64,000 nucleotides of DNA from Candidatus Eiseniibacteriota bacterium (GTDB lineage: Bacteria > Eisenbacteria > RBG-16-71-46). Positions 1-8,889 of the stretch are shown in pieces; position 1 is the stretch's first letter, and every line of letters begins with the position of its first letter. Location of the stretch: NCBI GenBank assembly GCA_044222065.1, contig JBGAOA010000011.1, forward strand, positions 1,862-65,861, read 5' to 3'. The notes beneath the pieces are model-generated. The model had not been told where the DNA came from and made no database searches. It was given only the letters and a program-made list of their open reading frames with translations. The translations under genes were made by a program, and so were the position numbers.

Positions 1-523
1 AGGAGTGGATCGAGGCGCCGTGCGCGGCGGCGTCGCGCGCGACCGCGATCGCGAGGCGCGCGTCGTCCATGACGACGTCCGAGTAGAGGCCGGCGCCGAG
101 CAGGCCCTGCGGTTCGAGCGTGGATTCGAGCTCGAGCGCCTCGCGGGCGCGCACCATGTGGTGCGGTGCGAGCGCGCGCGGTCCCGCGAGCCAGTCGTAG
201 AGCGAGAGCCCGAGCCGCAGCTTCCACGGCGCGACGCGCCCGCGCCGGACGAGCGGCACGAGGAAGCGGCACGGCCGCGCGAGCCCCGGCGCCATGCGCA
301 ACACCTCGCCGCGTTCCTCGAGCGACTCGCGCACGAGGGCGAACTCGCCGTGCTCGAGGTAGCGGAGCCCGCCGTGCAGCATGTGGCTCGAACGGCTGCT
401 CGTGCCGCCGGCGAGGTCGCCGCGCTCGATCACGACGACGGAGAAGCCGTTGCGCGCCGCGAGGCGCGCGACGCCGAGACCGGCGATGCCGCCTCCCACG
501 ATCACGATGTCGAGTGGCTGCAC
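1..523 (-). CDS. FAD-dependent glycerol-3-phosphate dehydrogenase-like oxidoreductase, N-terminal part (gene continues beyond window start)
   Basis: The minus-strand translation from GTG at 523 reads VQPLDIVIVGGGIAGLGVARLAARNGFSVVVIERGDLAGGTSSRSSHMLHGGLRYLEHGEFALVRESL, a GxGxxG Rossmann fold plus the SSRSS..HGGLRYLE motif typical of GlpA/GlpD. GGAGG sits 8 nt upstream of the GTG. The ORF is absent from the track because it runs off the window edge. Confidence 0.6.
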   Translation of the reverse strand, partial: MQPLDIVIVGGGIAGLGVARLAARNGFSVVVIERGDLAGGTSSRSSHMLHGGLRYLEHGEFALVRESLEERGEVLRMAPGLARPCRFLVPLVRRGRVAPWKLRLGLSLYDWLAGPRALAPHHMVRAREALELESTLEPQGLLGAGLYSDVVMDDARLAIAVARDAAAHGASIHS

Positions 524-743
524 CGCGGGCGCCTCCGTGCGCTTAGGGGTGACGATGCGCGCGGATCGCGGCGGGCGATCGGCGCGAAGGGCCGCAGACT
601 AGCACGCCGGCCGGGGCGTCCCGCGCGCCGCCGCCGCGTCGCGGCCGACGGGGGCGGCGCGCGCGTTTCCGTTCCGGCCCCGCATCTGTTAGCACTTCGC
701 GGCCCGCTCCGGGCTCGATGCGAACGCGAAACGGGAGGCGAGG

Positions 744-1361
744 ATGGGATTCTCTCTGTTTCCGCGCGAGGACGACTTCTTCGCGCTGTTCCGCAAGCAG
801 GCGGCACTCGTGCACACCGGCTGCGACGCGCTGCTCGAAATGGTCGAGCGCTACGACGACGTCGAAACGCGCACGCGCAAGCTGAAGGAGATCGAGCACC
901 AGGGCGACATCGTCACGCACGAGATTTTCGAGCGGCTCAACAAGACGTTCATCACGCCGCTCGAGCGCGACGACATCCACGCGCTCGCGAGCGGACTGGA
1001 CGACGTGCTCGACGCGGCGGAGGCGATCGGCAGCCGGTTCCTGCTCTTCAAGGTCGAGAAGGTGACGCCGGAGGCGCTCAAGCTCGCGCGCATCCTGAGC
1101 CAGTGCGGCGCGCAGATCGAACAGGCCGTCGGCCACCTGCAGGACTTCAAGGGGCTCATGGCGTTCACGATCGAGATCAACCGGCTCGAGAACGAAGCCG
1201 ACACGGTGTCGCGCGAAGCGGTCGCCGACCTGTTCTCGGGGCGGCACGACCTGCTCGACGTCATGCGCTGGAAGGAGCTGTACGGCCGGCTCGAAGGTGC
1301 GGCCGACCGCTGCGAGGACGTCGCGAACGCGATCGAGTCCATCGTGCTCAAGAGCCGCTGA
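744..1361 (+). CDS. DUF47 (PhoU-like) phosphate-transport accessory protein
   Basis: The 205-aa ORF resembles the YkaA/DUF47 partners of PitA. GGAGG lies 5 nt upstream of the ATG. It sits immediately upstream of pit. Confidence 0.8.
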   Translation: MGFSLFPREDDFFALFRKQAALVHTGCDALLEMVERYDDVETRTRKLKEIEHQGDIVTHEIFERLNKTFITPLERDDIHALASGLDDVLDAAEAIGSRFLLFKVEKVTPEALKLARILSQCGAQIEQAVGHLQDFKGLMAFTIEINRLENEADTVSREAVADLFSGRHDLLDVMRWKELYGRLEGAADRCEDVANAIESIVLKSR

Positions 1362-1370
1362 CCGCGTGCC

Positions 1371-2372
1371 ATGGAACCGACCCTCCTGCTGATCGTCGCG
1401 GTCGCGCTGTTCTTCGACTACAGCAACGGCTTCCACGACGCGGCGAACTCGATCGCGACCATCGTGAGCACGCGCGTGCTGTCGCCGCGCGCCGCGGTGA
1501 TCTGGGCGGCGTTCTTCAACTTCATCGCGTTCGCGGTGTTCGGCGTGCACGTCGCGAAGACGATCGCGAAGGGCATCGTGGATCCCGCGATCGTGACTCC
1601 GCCGATCGTGCTCGCGGCGCTGCTCGGCGCCGTGATCTGGAACCTGTTCACGTGGTGGATCGGCCTCCCGACCTCGTCGTCGCACGCGCTCATCGGTGGG
1701 TTCGTCGGCGCGGCGCTCGTCGCCGTCGGCCCGCAGGCCGTCGTGACGTCGGGCATCACGAAGGTCGCGATCTTCATCGTCGTCTCGCCGGTCGTCGGCC
1801 TCGTGCTCGGCTTCCTGCTCATGCTCGCGGTCGTGTGGATCTTCAGGCGCTGGAACCCGCGTGCGGTGGACCTGCTGTTCCGGCGGCTGCAGCTCGTGTC
1901 GGCCGCGGCGTTCAGCCTCGGGCACGGCTCGAACGACGCGCAGAAGACGGCCGGCATCATCACGGCGCTGCTGTTCTCGACCGGCCACCTCACGGGCGAG
2001 TTCCACGTGCCGTTCTGGGTGATCCTCGCGAGCTACGGCGCGATCGGCCTCGGCACGCTCTCCGGCGGGTGGCGCATCGTGAAGACGATGGGCATGAGCA
2101 TCACGAAGCTCCAGCCCGTCGGCGGCTTCTGCGCCGAGACGGCCGGCGCGCTCGCGTTGTTCGGCGCGAGCGCCGCGGGCATTCCCGTGTCCACGACGCA
2201 CACGATCACGGGCTCGATCGTGGGCGCGGGCGTCAGCGCGTCGCAGCGGCTGTCGGCGGTCAAGTGGGGCGTCGCGGGACGCATCGTGTGGGCGTGGGTG
2301 CTGACGATGCCGGCGGCCGCGATCGTCGCCGCGGTGTCGTGGTGGATCGTGCACCTCATCGGGCTGCGGTAG
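1371..2372 (+). CDS. pitA: inorganic phosphate transporter, PiT family
   Basis: The 333-aa protein carries the conserved N-terminal FDYSNGFHDAANSIAT motif and a C-terminal GSNDAQKT repeat, and is multi-TM. It starts 10 nt after the DUF47 stop. Confidence 0.85.
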   Translation: MEPTLLLIVAVALFFDYSNGFHDAANSIATIVSTRVLSPRAAVIWAAFFNFIAFAVFGVHVAKTIAKGIVDPAIVTPPIVLAALLGAVIWNLFTWWIGLPTSSSHALIGGFVGAALVAVGPQAVVTSGITKVAIFIVVSPVVGLVLGFLLMLAVVWIFRRWNPRAVDLLFRRLQLVSAAAFSLGHGSNDAQKTAGIITALLFSTGHLTGEFHVPFWVILASYGAIGLGTLSGGWRIVKTMGMSITKLQPVGGFCAETAGALALFGASAAGIPVSTTHTITGSIVGAGVSASQRLSAVKWGVAGRIVWAWVLTMPAAAIVAAVSWWIVHLIGLR

Positions 2373-2394
2373 GGACGAAAGGGAGGAGGCGGGG

Positions 2395-2790
2395 ATGAAT
2401 CCGATTCGCATGGCCGCGGTCGCGACGGTGACGGCGGCGCTGATCCTCTACACGGTCGGCACGGTGCTCGTGCAGCGCTCGCGCCGCTCGACGCCCGCGG
2501 CGCGCGGCTGGCTCACGTGCGGCCTCGCGTTCGACACGATCGCGACCGCGCTCATGGTGATCGCCGTCGGACGCTTCGCGATCACGCTGCACGGCGTGCT
2601 CGGCTGGTCGGCGCTCGCGTTCATGGCGGTGGACGTCACGCGGCTGTGGCGGCACGCCTCGGAGCACGGTACGGCGCCGCTCACGGCGGGGCTTCACCGC
2701 TACTCGCTCGTCGCCTACCTCTACTGGGTCGTGGCGTATTTCACGGGCGCGGCGCTCGTGATGATGGCGAAGCGCGGCGGCGGAGCCTAG
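2395..2790 (+). CDS. small hypothetical membrane protein
   Basis: The 131-aa protein has four predicted TM helices. A strong GGAGGAGG SD lies upstream of the ATG, directly after pit. Confidence 0.5.
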   Translation: MNPIRMAAVATVTAALILYTVGTVLVQRSRRSTPAARGWLTCGLAFDTIATALMVIAVGRFAITLHGVLGWSALAFMAVDVTRLWRHASEHGTAPLTAGLHRYSLVAYLYWVVAYFTGAALVMMAKRGGGA

Positions 2791-3689
2791 GCGTCGGTCT
2801 TCTTCGGCGCCTGGTTGAGCAGCCAGTCCCACGGGACGTAGCGGTTCGGGCGCTGGAGCTTCTGCGCCTCGATCGCGGCGCGCACCGGCTTCGGCGCGTA
2901 GCGCTTCACGAACGCCCAGGCGGCGACGTTTCCCCCGAAGTCGGCGGCGTACCAGCTGAAGAGCGTGCTGACGCCGACGCGCTTCGTCGCCGGGTCGAGC
3001 ACGAGGTGGCGCGGCAGCGCGAGCGCGTTGTGCGTCGCGAATTCGAGCTGGCGTTCGAGCGAATCGGCGCGGTAGGCGCGCGGCAGCAGCGGAGGGCATC
3101 CCATCGCGCCGCACACGAGCGCGAAGTGCACGCGCGGATCGAGCGTCGCGGGCGGCGTCTGGCCGGACGAGCGGTCGTAGCCGTCGAGGCAGAACGCGCG
3201 CTCGAAGTCGTCGAGCGAGTAGTTCACGCCCTCGACCTCGATCGTCTCGCCCTTGAAGAACAGCCCGGTGCGGAGGTGGATGTCCTGCACGCTCTTCCAG
3301 CGCAGCCGCCCGCGGCCGGGCACGAGCAGGTAGTCGGTGGCGTTCTCGAGCACGAGGAAGTTGTAGGTGTTGATCGCCCACGCGAGCCGCGTCGCGCGGT
3401 CCATGCGCGAGGGCGTCGCGGCGGCGAGCTGGCGGTGGATGCGCGCGAACGTCTCGGGCCGCGTGCGCACGTCGTAGAGGCGCTCGTAGTCGAAGCGCGT
3501 GTCGAGCGGCTCGCCGCGCTTCGAGACGACGACGAGGTAGTCGTCGAGCAGGCGCTGGTACTCGGGCACGTCGGGCACGACGAGCGCGGTGTCGGCGGCG
3601 GCGGCGCGCGCGGGGCGCGGCGCGCCGGCGCACGCGAGCACGACGGCGGCGGCGAGCGCGAGGTGCGGCGCGAACGATCGTGGCTTCAA
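2787..3689 (-). CDS. DUF547 domain secreted protein
   Basis: The 300-aa protein has a signal peptide (MKPRSFAPHLALAAAVVLACAGA) and DUF547-like conserved stretches (NTYNFLVL, HFALVCGAMGCPPL). Its TTG start overlaps the stop of the upstream Mo-oxidoreductase. Confidence 0.7.
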   Translation of the reverse strand: MKPRSFAPHLALAAAVVLACAGAPRPARAAAADTALVVPDVPEYQRLLDDYLVVVSKRGEPLDTRFDYERLYDVRTRPETFARIHRQLAAATPSRMDRATRLAWAINTYNFLVLENATDYLLVPGRGRLRWKSVQDIHLRTGLFFKGETIEVEGVNYSLDDFERAFCLDGYDRSSGQTPPATLDPRVHFALVCGAMGCPPLLPRAYRADSLERQLEFATHNALALPRHLVLDPATKRVGVSTLFSWYAADFGGNVAAWAFVKRYAPKPVRAAIEAQKLQRPNRYVPWDWLLNQAPKKTDA

Positions 3690-6034
3690 GAACGCTCTCC
3701 GGAGGCGGGATCGCGAACCGCGTCGCGCGTGAGCACGGGCGCGGGCTCGGGGATCGGTGCGAGGCGCGGCTCGACGCGCGCGGGGACTCCGGACGCGGCG
3801 AGGCCGGCGGGCTCGACGGTGACGAACGCATTGTAGTCGGGCTCGCCGGACACGGGGTCAAAGCGCCGTGAAATGAGCACGTTCGTCTCGGGCCAGTAGG
3901 CCTGCAGGTGTCGCGGTTTCATCGGGGCGATGCGCGCGATGCCGGTCCAGACGCCGACGTCGGAACGCAGCGTCACGGCGCCGCCGTCCTCGACGCCGAT
4001 CGCGCGCGCGTCGTCCGCGCACATCAGCACGTCCGAGCGCGACGGGCTGCCCATCAAGAAGTCGCGCGAGCCCCACGTGATGCTGTTGAACTGCTTCCCG
4101 CGCCGCGTCGTGAGCAGGAACCGGCCCGCGGGGATCACGGTCTCGGGGAGCCTCAGCGCCGTGAAGCGCGCGCGACCGCCCGGCATCTTCGTGAAGCCGT
4201 CCGTGAACAGATGCGCGCCGCCCCACTGCACCCACTGGCCCTCGCGCTCGAGCCGCTCGATGCCGGCGTAGAGGGGCATCGCGCGCGCGATCTCGTGGCG
4301 GATGTCGCGCGTGTCCTTCCACGGGAACGCGCGCGCGAGATCCGCTCGCGCGGCGAGCGCGACCTGCACGGGGATGCGCCACTCCGCGCGCGCTTCGGCG
4401 AAGCGCGGCCCGGGGATCTCGGGGGAGAAGCGGATGCGGCGCTCGGTGCTCGTCGCCGTGCCGCCGCCCTTCGTCTCGTAGCGCGTCTCGGCCGGCAGGA
4501 TCAGCACCGCGCGGCCGGGCAGCAGCGACGAGGTGTTGAGCACGATGTCCTGGTGGATGCGCAGCTTCACGTGCGAGAGCGCCTCCGCCATGTAGTCGCG
4601 GTCGGGCATCGTCTCGAGCAGGTTGCCGCCGAGCGAATAGAGCAGGTCCATCTCGCCGCGATGGGCGGCCTCGAGCATCTGCAGCGTGCGATGGCCGCGG
4701 TGCGTCGGCAGCGGCGCGCCCCACAGGTCCTCGAAGCGGCGCCGGTCGGGCTCGGCGTGGATCTCGTAGCCGCCGGGCAGCTTGTCGGGATCCACGCCGC
4801 ACTCGCCGCCGCCCTGCACGCCCGAGTGGCCGCGGATCGGCATCACGCCGCACTTTTCGCGGCCGAGGAAGCCGCGCGCGAGCGCGAGGTTCACGACCGC
4901 CTTCACGTTGTCCACGCCGAAGCGGTGCTGCGTGAGGCCCATGCTGTAGACGAGCACGCACGACTTCGCGTTCGCGAGTTCGCGCGCGAAGCGCAGCATG
5001 TCCTCGCGCGTCAGCCCCGAGTCGCGCTCGAGCGCTTTCCACTCGAGCGACTTCACGTGCGCGGCGGTCTCGGCGAAGCCGCTCGTGTGGCGCTCGACGT
5101 ACGCGCGGTCCACCCAGTCGTTCTCGACGAGGTGCCGCAGTGCGCCGTTCAGGAACGCGACGTCGCCGCCGACGGCGACCTGGAAGAAGTCGTCCATGAG
5201 CTTCGTGCCGAACACCGCGCTGCGCGTGTCGCTCGGCACCCAGTAGCGCTCGAGGCCGGGCTCCCGCATCGGATTCACGACGACGATGCGCGTGCCCTGG
5301 CGCTTCGCGTACGTGAGGTACTTCATCGTGACGGGCTGGTTGTTCGCGAGGTGCGAGCCCAGCACGACGACGAGGTCGCTGCCGATCATGTCCTGCAGCG
5401 AGCACGTCGGCGCCGGCACGCCGAGCGTGTCCTTGAGCCCCGACACACTCGCCGCGTGACACAGCCGCGCGCACAGGTCCACGTGATTCGAGCCCATCAA
5501 CCGCGCGACCTTCGTGAACGCGTAATAGGTCTCGTTCGTCGTGCCGCGCGAGGTGGCGAAGAAGCCGAGCCGCTCGCCCGGGACGCCGCGCAGCTCGTCG
5601 GCGACGATCGCGAGCGCCTCGTCCCAGCTCAACCGATGGAGCGGCCCGCCGTCGCCGCGGTGGATCATCGGGTACGGCACGCGTCCGAGCCGGTGGAGCT
5701 GCTCGTTCGTGAGCGCTCGCAGCGCGCCGACGTCACGCAGGCGCTCGTCCGGGATCGCGCCCATGGTGTTGAGCCTGAGCAAGCTCAGGCGCGTCTTGCA
5801 CAGGTGGTTGCCGTCGATGACGTCATCGCGCAGGCCCGGGGGCCCGAGCGAGCAGCCGTCGCACACGCCCTTCGTGAGGATGCGCCAGGCGTAGGGGAGG
5901 TTGTCGCGGTTCTCCCACGCGACCCACGCCATGCTGACGAAGGGGCGGGGACGCGGGTGGCGCTTGGGGCCGAACGGGATCAGGTCGCGGAGCCGGAAGC
6001 GGCCGCCGCTCGAGGTCATGGGTGTCGGTTCCAT
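3686..6034 (-). CDS. molybdopterin oxidoreductase alpha subunit, FdhF-like (YdeP/TIGR01701-type)
   Basis: Only the 820-aa extended ORF is in the track. An N-terminal Cys cluster (KGVCDGCSLGP..DGNHLCKTRL) and a molybdopterin-binding domain are present. The active-site position reads RLCHAASVSG, so Cys rather than Sec. The start is placed at ATG 6034 (MEPTPM...) by comparison with family N-termini; the upstream GTG at 6148 is judged an over-extension. Confidence 0.75.
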   Translation of the reverse strand: MEPTPMTSSGGRFRLRDLIPFGPKRHPRPRPFVSMAWVAWENRDNLPYAWRILTKGVCDGCSLGPPGLRDDVIDGNHLCKTRLSLLRLNTMGAIPDERLRDVGALRALTNEQLHRLGRVPYPMIHRGDGGPLHRLSWDEALAIVADELRGVPGERLGFFATSRGTTNETYYAFTKVARLMGSNHVDLCARLCHAASVSGLKDTLGVPAPTCSLQDMIGSDLVVVLGSHLANNQPVTMKYLTYAKRQGTRIVVVNPMREPGLERYWVPSDTRSAVFGTKLMDDFFQVAVGGDVAFLNGALRHLVENDWVDRAYVERHTSGFAETAAHVKSLEWKALERDSGLTREDMLRFARELANAKSCVLVYSMGLTQHRFGVDNVKAVVNLALARGFLGREKCGVMPIRGHSGVQGGGECGVDPDKLPGGYEIHAEPDRRRFEDLWGAPLPTHRGHRTLQMLEAAHRGEMDLLYSLGGNLLETMPDRDYMAEALSHVKLRIHQDIVLNTSSLLPGRAVLILPAETRYETKGGGTATSTERRIRFSPEIPGPRFAEARAEWRIPVQVALAARADLARAFPWKDTRDIRHEIARAMPLYAGIERLEREGQWVQWGGAHLFTDGFTKMPGGRARFTALRLPETVIPAGRFLLTTRRGKQFNSITWGSRDFLMGSPSRSDVLMCADDARAIGVEDGGAVTLRSDVGVWTGIARIAPMKPRHLQAYWPETNVLISRRFDPVSGEPDYNAFVTVEPAGLAASGVPARVEPRLAPIPEPAPVLTRDAVRDPASGERS

Positions 6035-6151
6035 GAGGGCGCGGAGGGTAGCACGGGCTTCCGAGAAGCCGGAGCTTGTCGGAGCAAGGCGTCGCGGAGA
6101 GAATGCCGCGGCCTTCGCGCCCCCGCCGGACTTCCCCGCGGAGGGCACGAT

Positions 6152-6412
6152 GTGCCCGAGATCTCGCGCTTCTTCGGAATCGTGATTCGGATGTACTTCT
6201 CAGACCATTTGCGACCGCACTTCCACGCACGCTACGCGGAGTTCGAGGCGCGCTTCGACATCGAGACGACGAGCCTGATTTCCGGTGAGCTGCCGCCGCG
6301 GGCGCTCGGACTCGTTGCGGAGTGGGCCAGCCGCCATCGTCCGGAGCTTCGTGAGAACTGGCGGCGGGGCCGCAAGCGAGTCCCGCTGATTCCCATCGCG
6401 CCGCTGGAGTGA
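6152..6412 (+). CDS. DUF4160 domain protein
   Basis: The sequence VPEISRFFGIVIRMYFSDHLRPHFHARYAEFEARFDIETTSLISGELPPRALGLVAEWASRHRPELRENW matches the DUF4160 consensus. Its GTG start at 6152 lies 6 nt after GGAGGG, inside a spurious long ORF in the track. Confidence 0.7.
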   Translation: MPEISRFFGIVIRMYFSDHLRPHFHARYAEFEARFDIETTSLISGELPPRALGLVAEWASRHRPELRENWRRGRKRVPLIPIAPLE

Positions 6413-6687
6413 ACGTGCAGCCACATGACGCCATCGAGATTCGAGTGATCGGATCGCACCGACTCTGGGTTCGGTTCGCCGACGGGGTGAGTGGCGAGGT
6501 GGACCTATCTCGCCGTCTTCGCTTCAGGGGCGTGTTCGAGCCGCTGCTCGATCCTGCGGAGTTCGCCCGCGTCGCAGTGAACGCCGAGGCAGGTTGTCTC
6601 GAGTGGCCGAACGGCGCGGACATCGACCCCGACGTGCTCTACTGGTGGGTGACCGGCATCAAGACCTTCGAGGGCGACGTCCCGTGA
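6409..6687 (+). CDS. DUF2442 domain protein
   Basis: The 92-aa protein contains FADGVSGEVDL...LEWPNGADIDPDVLY, matching DUF2442. It overlaps DUF4160 by GTGA. Confidence 0.7.
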   Translation: MNVQPHDAIEIRVIGSHRLWVRFADGVSGEVDLSRRLRFRGVFEPLLDPAEFARVAVNAEAGCLEWPNGADIDPDVLYWWVTGIKTFEGDVP

Positions 6688-7709
6688 ACTACCGCAATCT
6701 CGGCCACAGCGGCCTCAAGGTGTCGGAGATCTCGCTCGGCTCGTGGACCACCTACGGCGGATCGGTGGACGAATCGGAAGCGTTGAAGATCGTGCGTCGC
6801 GCGTTCGAGCTCGGCATCAACCTGTTCGACACCGCCGACGTGTACGTGCGCGGCGGCGCCGAGACCGTGCTCGGCCGCGCGCTGCGCGACCTGCCGCGCG
6901 AGCAGATCGTCATCGCGACCAAGTGCATGGGACGCGTGTGGGAGGGGCCGCTCGGCGCGGGGCTGTCGCGCAAGCACGTGTTCGATGCGCTCCACCAGAG
7001 CCTGCAGCGGCTGCAGACCGACTACGTGGACCTGTACCAGCTCCACGCGCCCGACCCGTCGACGCCGATCGAAGAGACGCTGCGGGCGCTCGACGACCTC
7101 GTCACGTCGGGCAAGGTGCGCTACGTCGGGTTCTCGAACTTCGACCACCACCCGAAGCTCGCGGCCCAGGCCGTGGCGTACCAGAAGGCGCACGACCTGG
7201 ACGCGTTCATCTCGAGTCAGCCGCGCTGGAATCTCGTGGACCGCCACGTCGAGAAGGAGCACGTCGCGTTCTGCCGCCGCCACGGCCTCGGGATGATCGT
7301 CTACTCGCCGCTCGCGCAGGGCGTGCTCACGAACAAGTACGCGGGCGGCGCGGTGCCCGAGGACAGCCGCGCGAAGACGAAGTTCGCGCACTTCCTCACG
7401 GCCGAGAAGGCGCTCACGCCCGAGAACGTCGCCGCCGCCGAGCGCCTTGCGGCCTGGGCCGCGAAGCGCGGACTGCCGGGCCCGGCGCCGGTCGCGATCG
7501 CGTGGGTGCTCTCGCGCCCCGAGGTCGCGAGCGCGATCGTCGGCGCCTCGCGCGTCGCGCAGCTCGAGGAGAACGTGAAGGCGTGCGAGCTGAAGCTCGG
7601 CGCGCCCGACTGGAGAGACCTCGAGACGGCGGTCGCGGGATCCGCCGCGAAGCGTCCGCCGCGCGCGAGGGTTTCCGTTCGCACGCGGCGGGCGGCGAAG
7701 AAGAAGTAG
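6684..7709 (+). CDS. aldo/keto reductase
   Basis: A GTG start gives (M)NYRNLGHSGLKVSEISLGSW, a typical AKR N-terminus. It overlaps the DUF2442 stop by GTGA. The listed 6594 start is an over-extension. Confidence 0.8.
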   Translation: MNYRNLGHSGLKVSEISLGSWTTYGGSVDESEALKIVRRAFELGINLFDTADVYVRGGAETVLGRALRDLPREQIVIATKCMGRVWEGPLGAGLSRKHVFDALHQSLQRLQTDYVDLYQLHAPDPSTPIEETLRALDDLVTSGKVRYVGFSNFDHHPKLAAQAVAYQKAHDLDAFISSQPRWNLVDRHVEKEHVAFCRRHGLGMIVYSPLAQGVLTNKYAGGAVPEDSRAKTKFAHFLTAEKALTPENVAAAERLAAWAAKRGLPGPAPVAIAWVLSRPEVASAIVGASRVAQLEENVKACELKLGAPDWRDLETAVAGSAAKRPPRARVSVRTRRAAKKK

Positions 7710-7736
7710 CGGGGCGCCCGGTCGGCGCGCCCGCCG

Positions 7737-8432
7737 TCAGCGCGTGTCGGGGTCGGGCGCGGGCAGCGTGCCCGCGGGCGGGACCTTCGCGGGATCGCCG
7801 CGCCACACGACGTAGGAGTAGATCGCCAGTCCGAGTGCGGTGGCGGCCATCACGGCGATCGCCGCCGCCTTCGCGCTCTCGATGCGGGCCGCGGCCATCG
7901 CCATGATGAGCAGACCGTCGGCCACGAACGCCCAGCCGCCCACCCGGTGCGTGCGCAGCCAGGACTCCTTGCTCGAAAGCGTCCACGGCGTGCGGATCCC
8001 GGCGAACCAGTTCGGCCGCAATTTGCCGAGCAGGTTTCCGATCACGACGCACAGCGCACCGACGGCGAGCAGCGTCACGGTCGGCAGCGCGACGAGTGTC
8101 CCGCGCGCTCCGATCACGAGGCACACCTGCGCGACCGCCACGACGAGCAGCACGAGGAGCCGGATCGTTCGGTACGCGCCGGCGAAGCTCTCGTAGTTCG
8201 CGCGGCCCGGATCCACGCGCGGCAGCACGAGCATCACGGCGTACAGCGCGAGCGCGGTCAGCGGCAGGGCGAGCAGGCCCTGCGCGCGGCCGGCGAATCC
8301 GTCCGGCTCGCCCGCGAGGTTCCAGTGAACGGCGAAGCGGTCGGGGACCGCGTTCCAGCTCGCGAGCGAATACGCGATCGTGCCCGCGAGAACGAGCCAC
8401 ATCGGCCATTCGGTGCGCCAGTCGGGCTTCAT
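7737..8432 (-). CDS. DUF1648/SdpI-family membrane protein
   Basis: The 231-aa protein has a DUF1648-like N-terminus (DRFAVHWNLAGEPDGFA) and an SdpI/YhfL-like TM core. It overlaps the upstream ArsR gene by 4 nt. Confidence 0.65.
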   Translation of the reverse strand: MKPDWRTEWPMWLVLAGTIAYSLASWNAVPDRFAVHWNLAGEPDGFAGRAQGLLALPLTALALYAVMLVLPRVDPGRANYESFAGAYRTIRLLVLLVVAVAQVCLVIGARGTLVALPTVTLLAVGALCVVIGNLLGKLRPNWFAGIRTPWTLSSKESWLRTHRVGGWAFVADGLLIMAMAAARIESAKAAAIAVMAATALGLAIYSYVVWRGDPAKVPPAGTLPAPDPDTR

Positions 8433-8713
8433 GACGATTTCCCCTTTCTGCGCTTGCCCGCCGCGAGCAGGTCGAGCACCGCCGCGACGGCTTCTTCGAA
8501 CGTGGAGAGCTGCAGGCTGTAGACGATCGTCGTGCCGCGCCGTTCCGAGACGATGAGCTTCGCGTGACGCAGCACGTTGAAGTGGCCGGACAACGTGGAC
8601 TTCGCGAGCGGGAAGCTCTCGGCCAGCTCGCCGGCCGTCATGTCCCTGCGCCTGAGGAGCCGCAGGATCTCGCGACGCGTCGGATCGCCGAGCGCGCGGA
8701 ACACCTCGTCCAT
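8429..8713 (-). CDS. ArsR/SmtB family transcriptional regulator (SdpR-like)
   Basis: The 94-aa protein has the LGDPTRREILRLL..MTAGELAE...KSTLSGHFNVLRHAKLI HTH signature. Confidence 0.8.
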   Translation of the reverse strand: MDEVFRALGDPTRREILRLLRRRDMTAGELAESFPLAKSTLSGHFNVLRHAKLIVSERRGTTIVYSLQLSTFEEAVAAVLDLLAAGKRRKGKSS

Positions 8714-8889
8714 TCGTCCTCCTTCGCTATTTCGCCAAACACCGAAATAAGATCGGCCGTTCGCTCCGAGCGGTCAAGCGAAATCTCGACGCCCCCCGGC
8801 GGCGGTCGCCGCCCACAACGAATCGGCCCGCCTGCACTCGCAGGCGGGCCGCTCGCGGCCGCGGAGGAGGCGCCGCGGCCGGGATACCG

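Noticed and set aside
5-2398. 797-aa ORF spanning the glpD-like, DUF47 and pitA region, and similar giant Arg/Ala/Gly-rich ORFs (3908..6412+, 11490..14675-, 11627..15034+, 20270..22207- upstream part, 20854..23466+, 23237..25357+, 36524..39328-, 42804..45008+, 59296..61068- and others)
   Set aside because: They have a low-complexity RxxR composition typical of off-frame translation at 70% GC. They overlap well-supported family-assignable genes on the same or opposite strand. They have no SD or family match.
3686-6148. Possible selenocysteine in the FdhF-like molybdoenzyme, and the longer GTG start at 6148
   Set aside because: The catalytic position is encoded as Cys (..RLCHAAS..) with no in-frame TGA. 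The 38-aa N-terminal extension is Gly/Ala/Ser-rich and would overlap the divergent DUF4160 promoter region.
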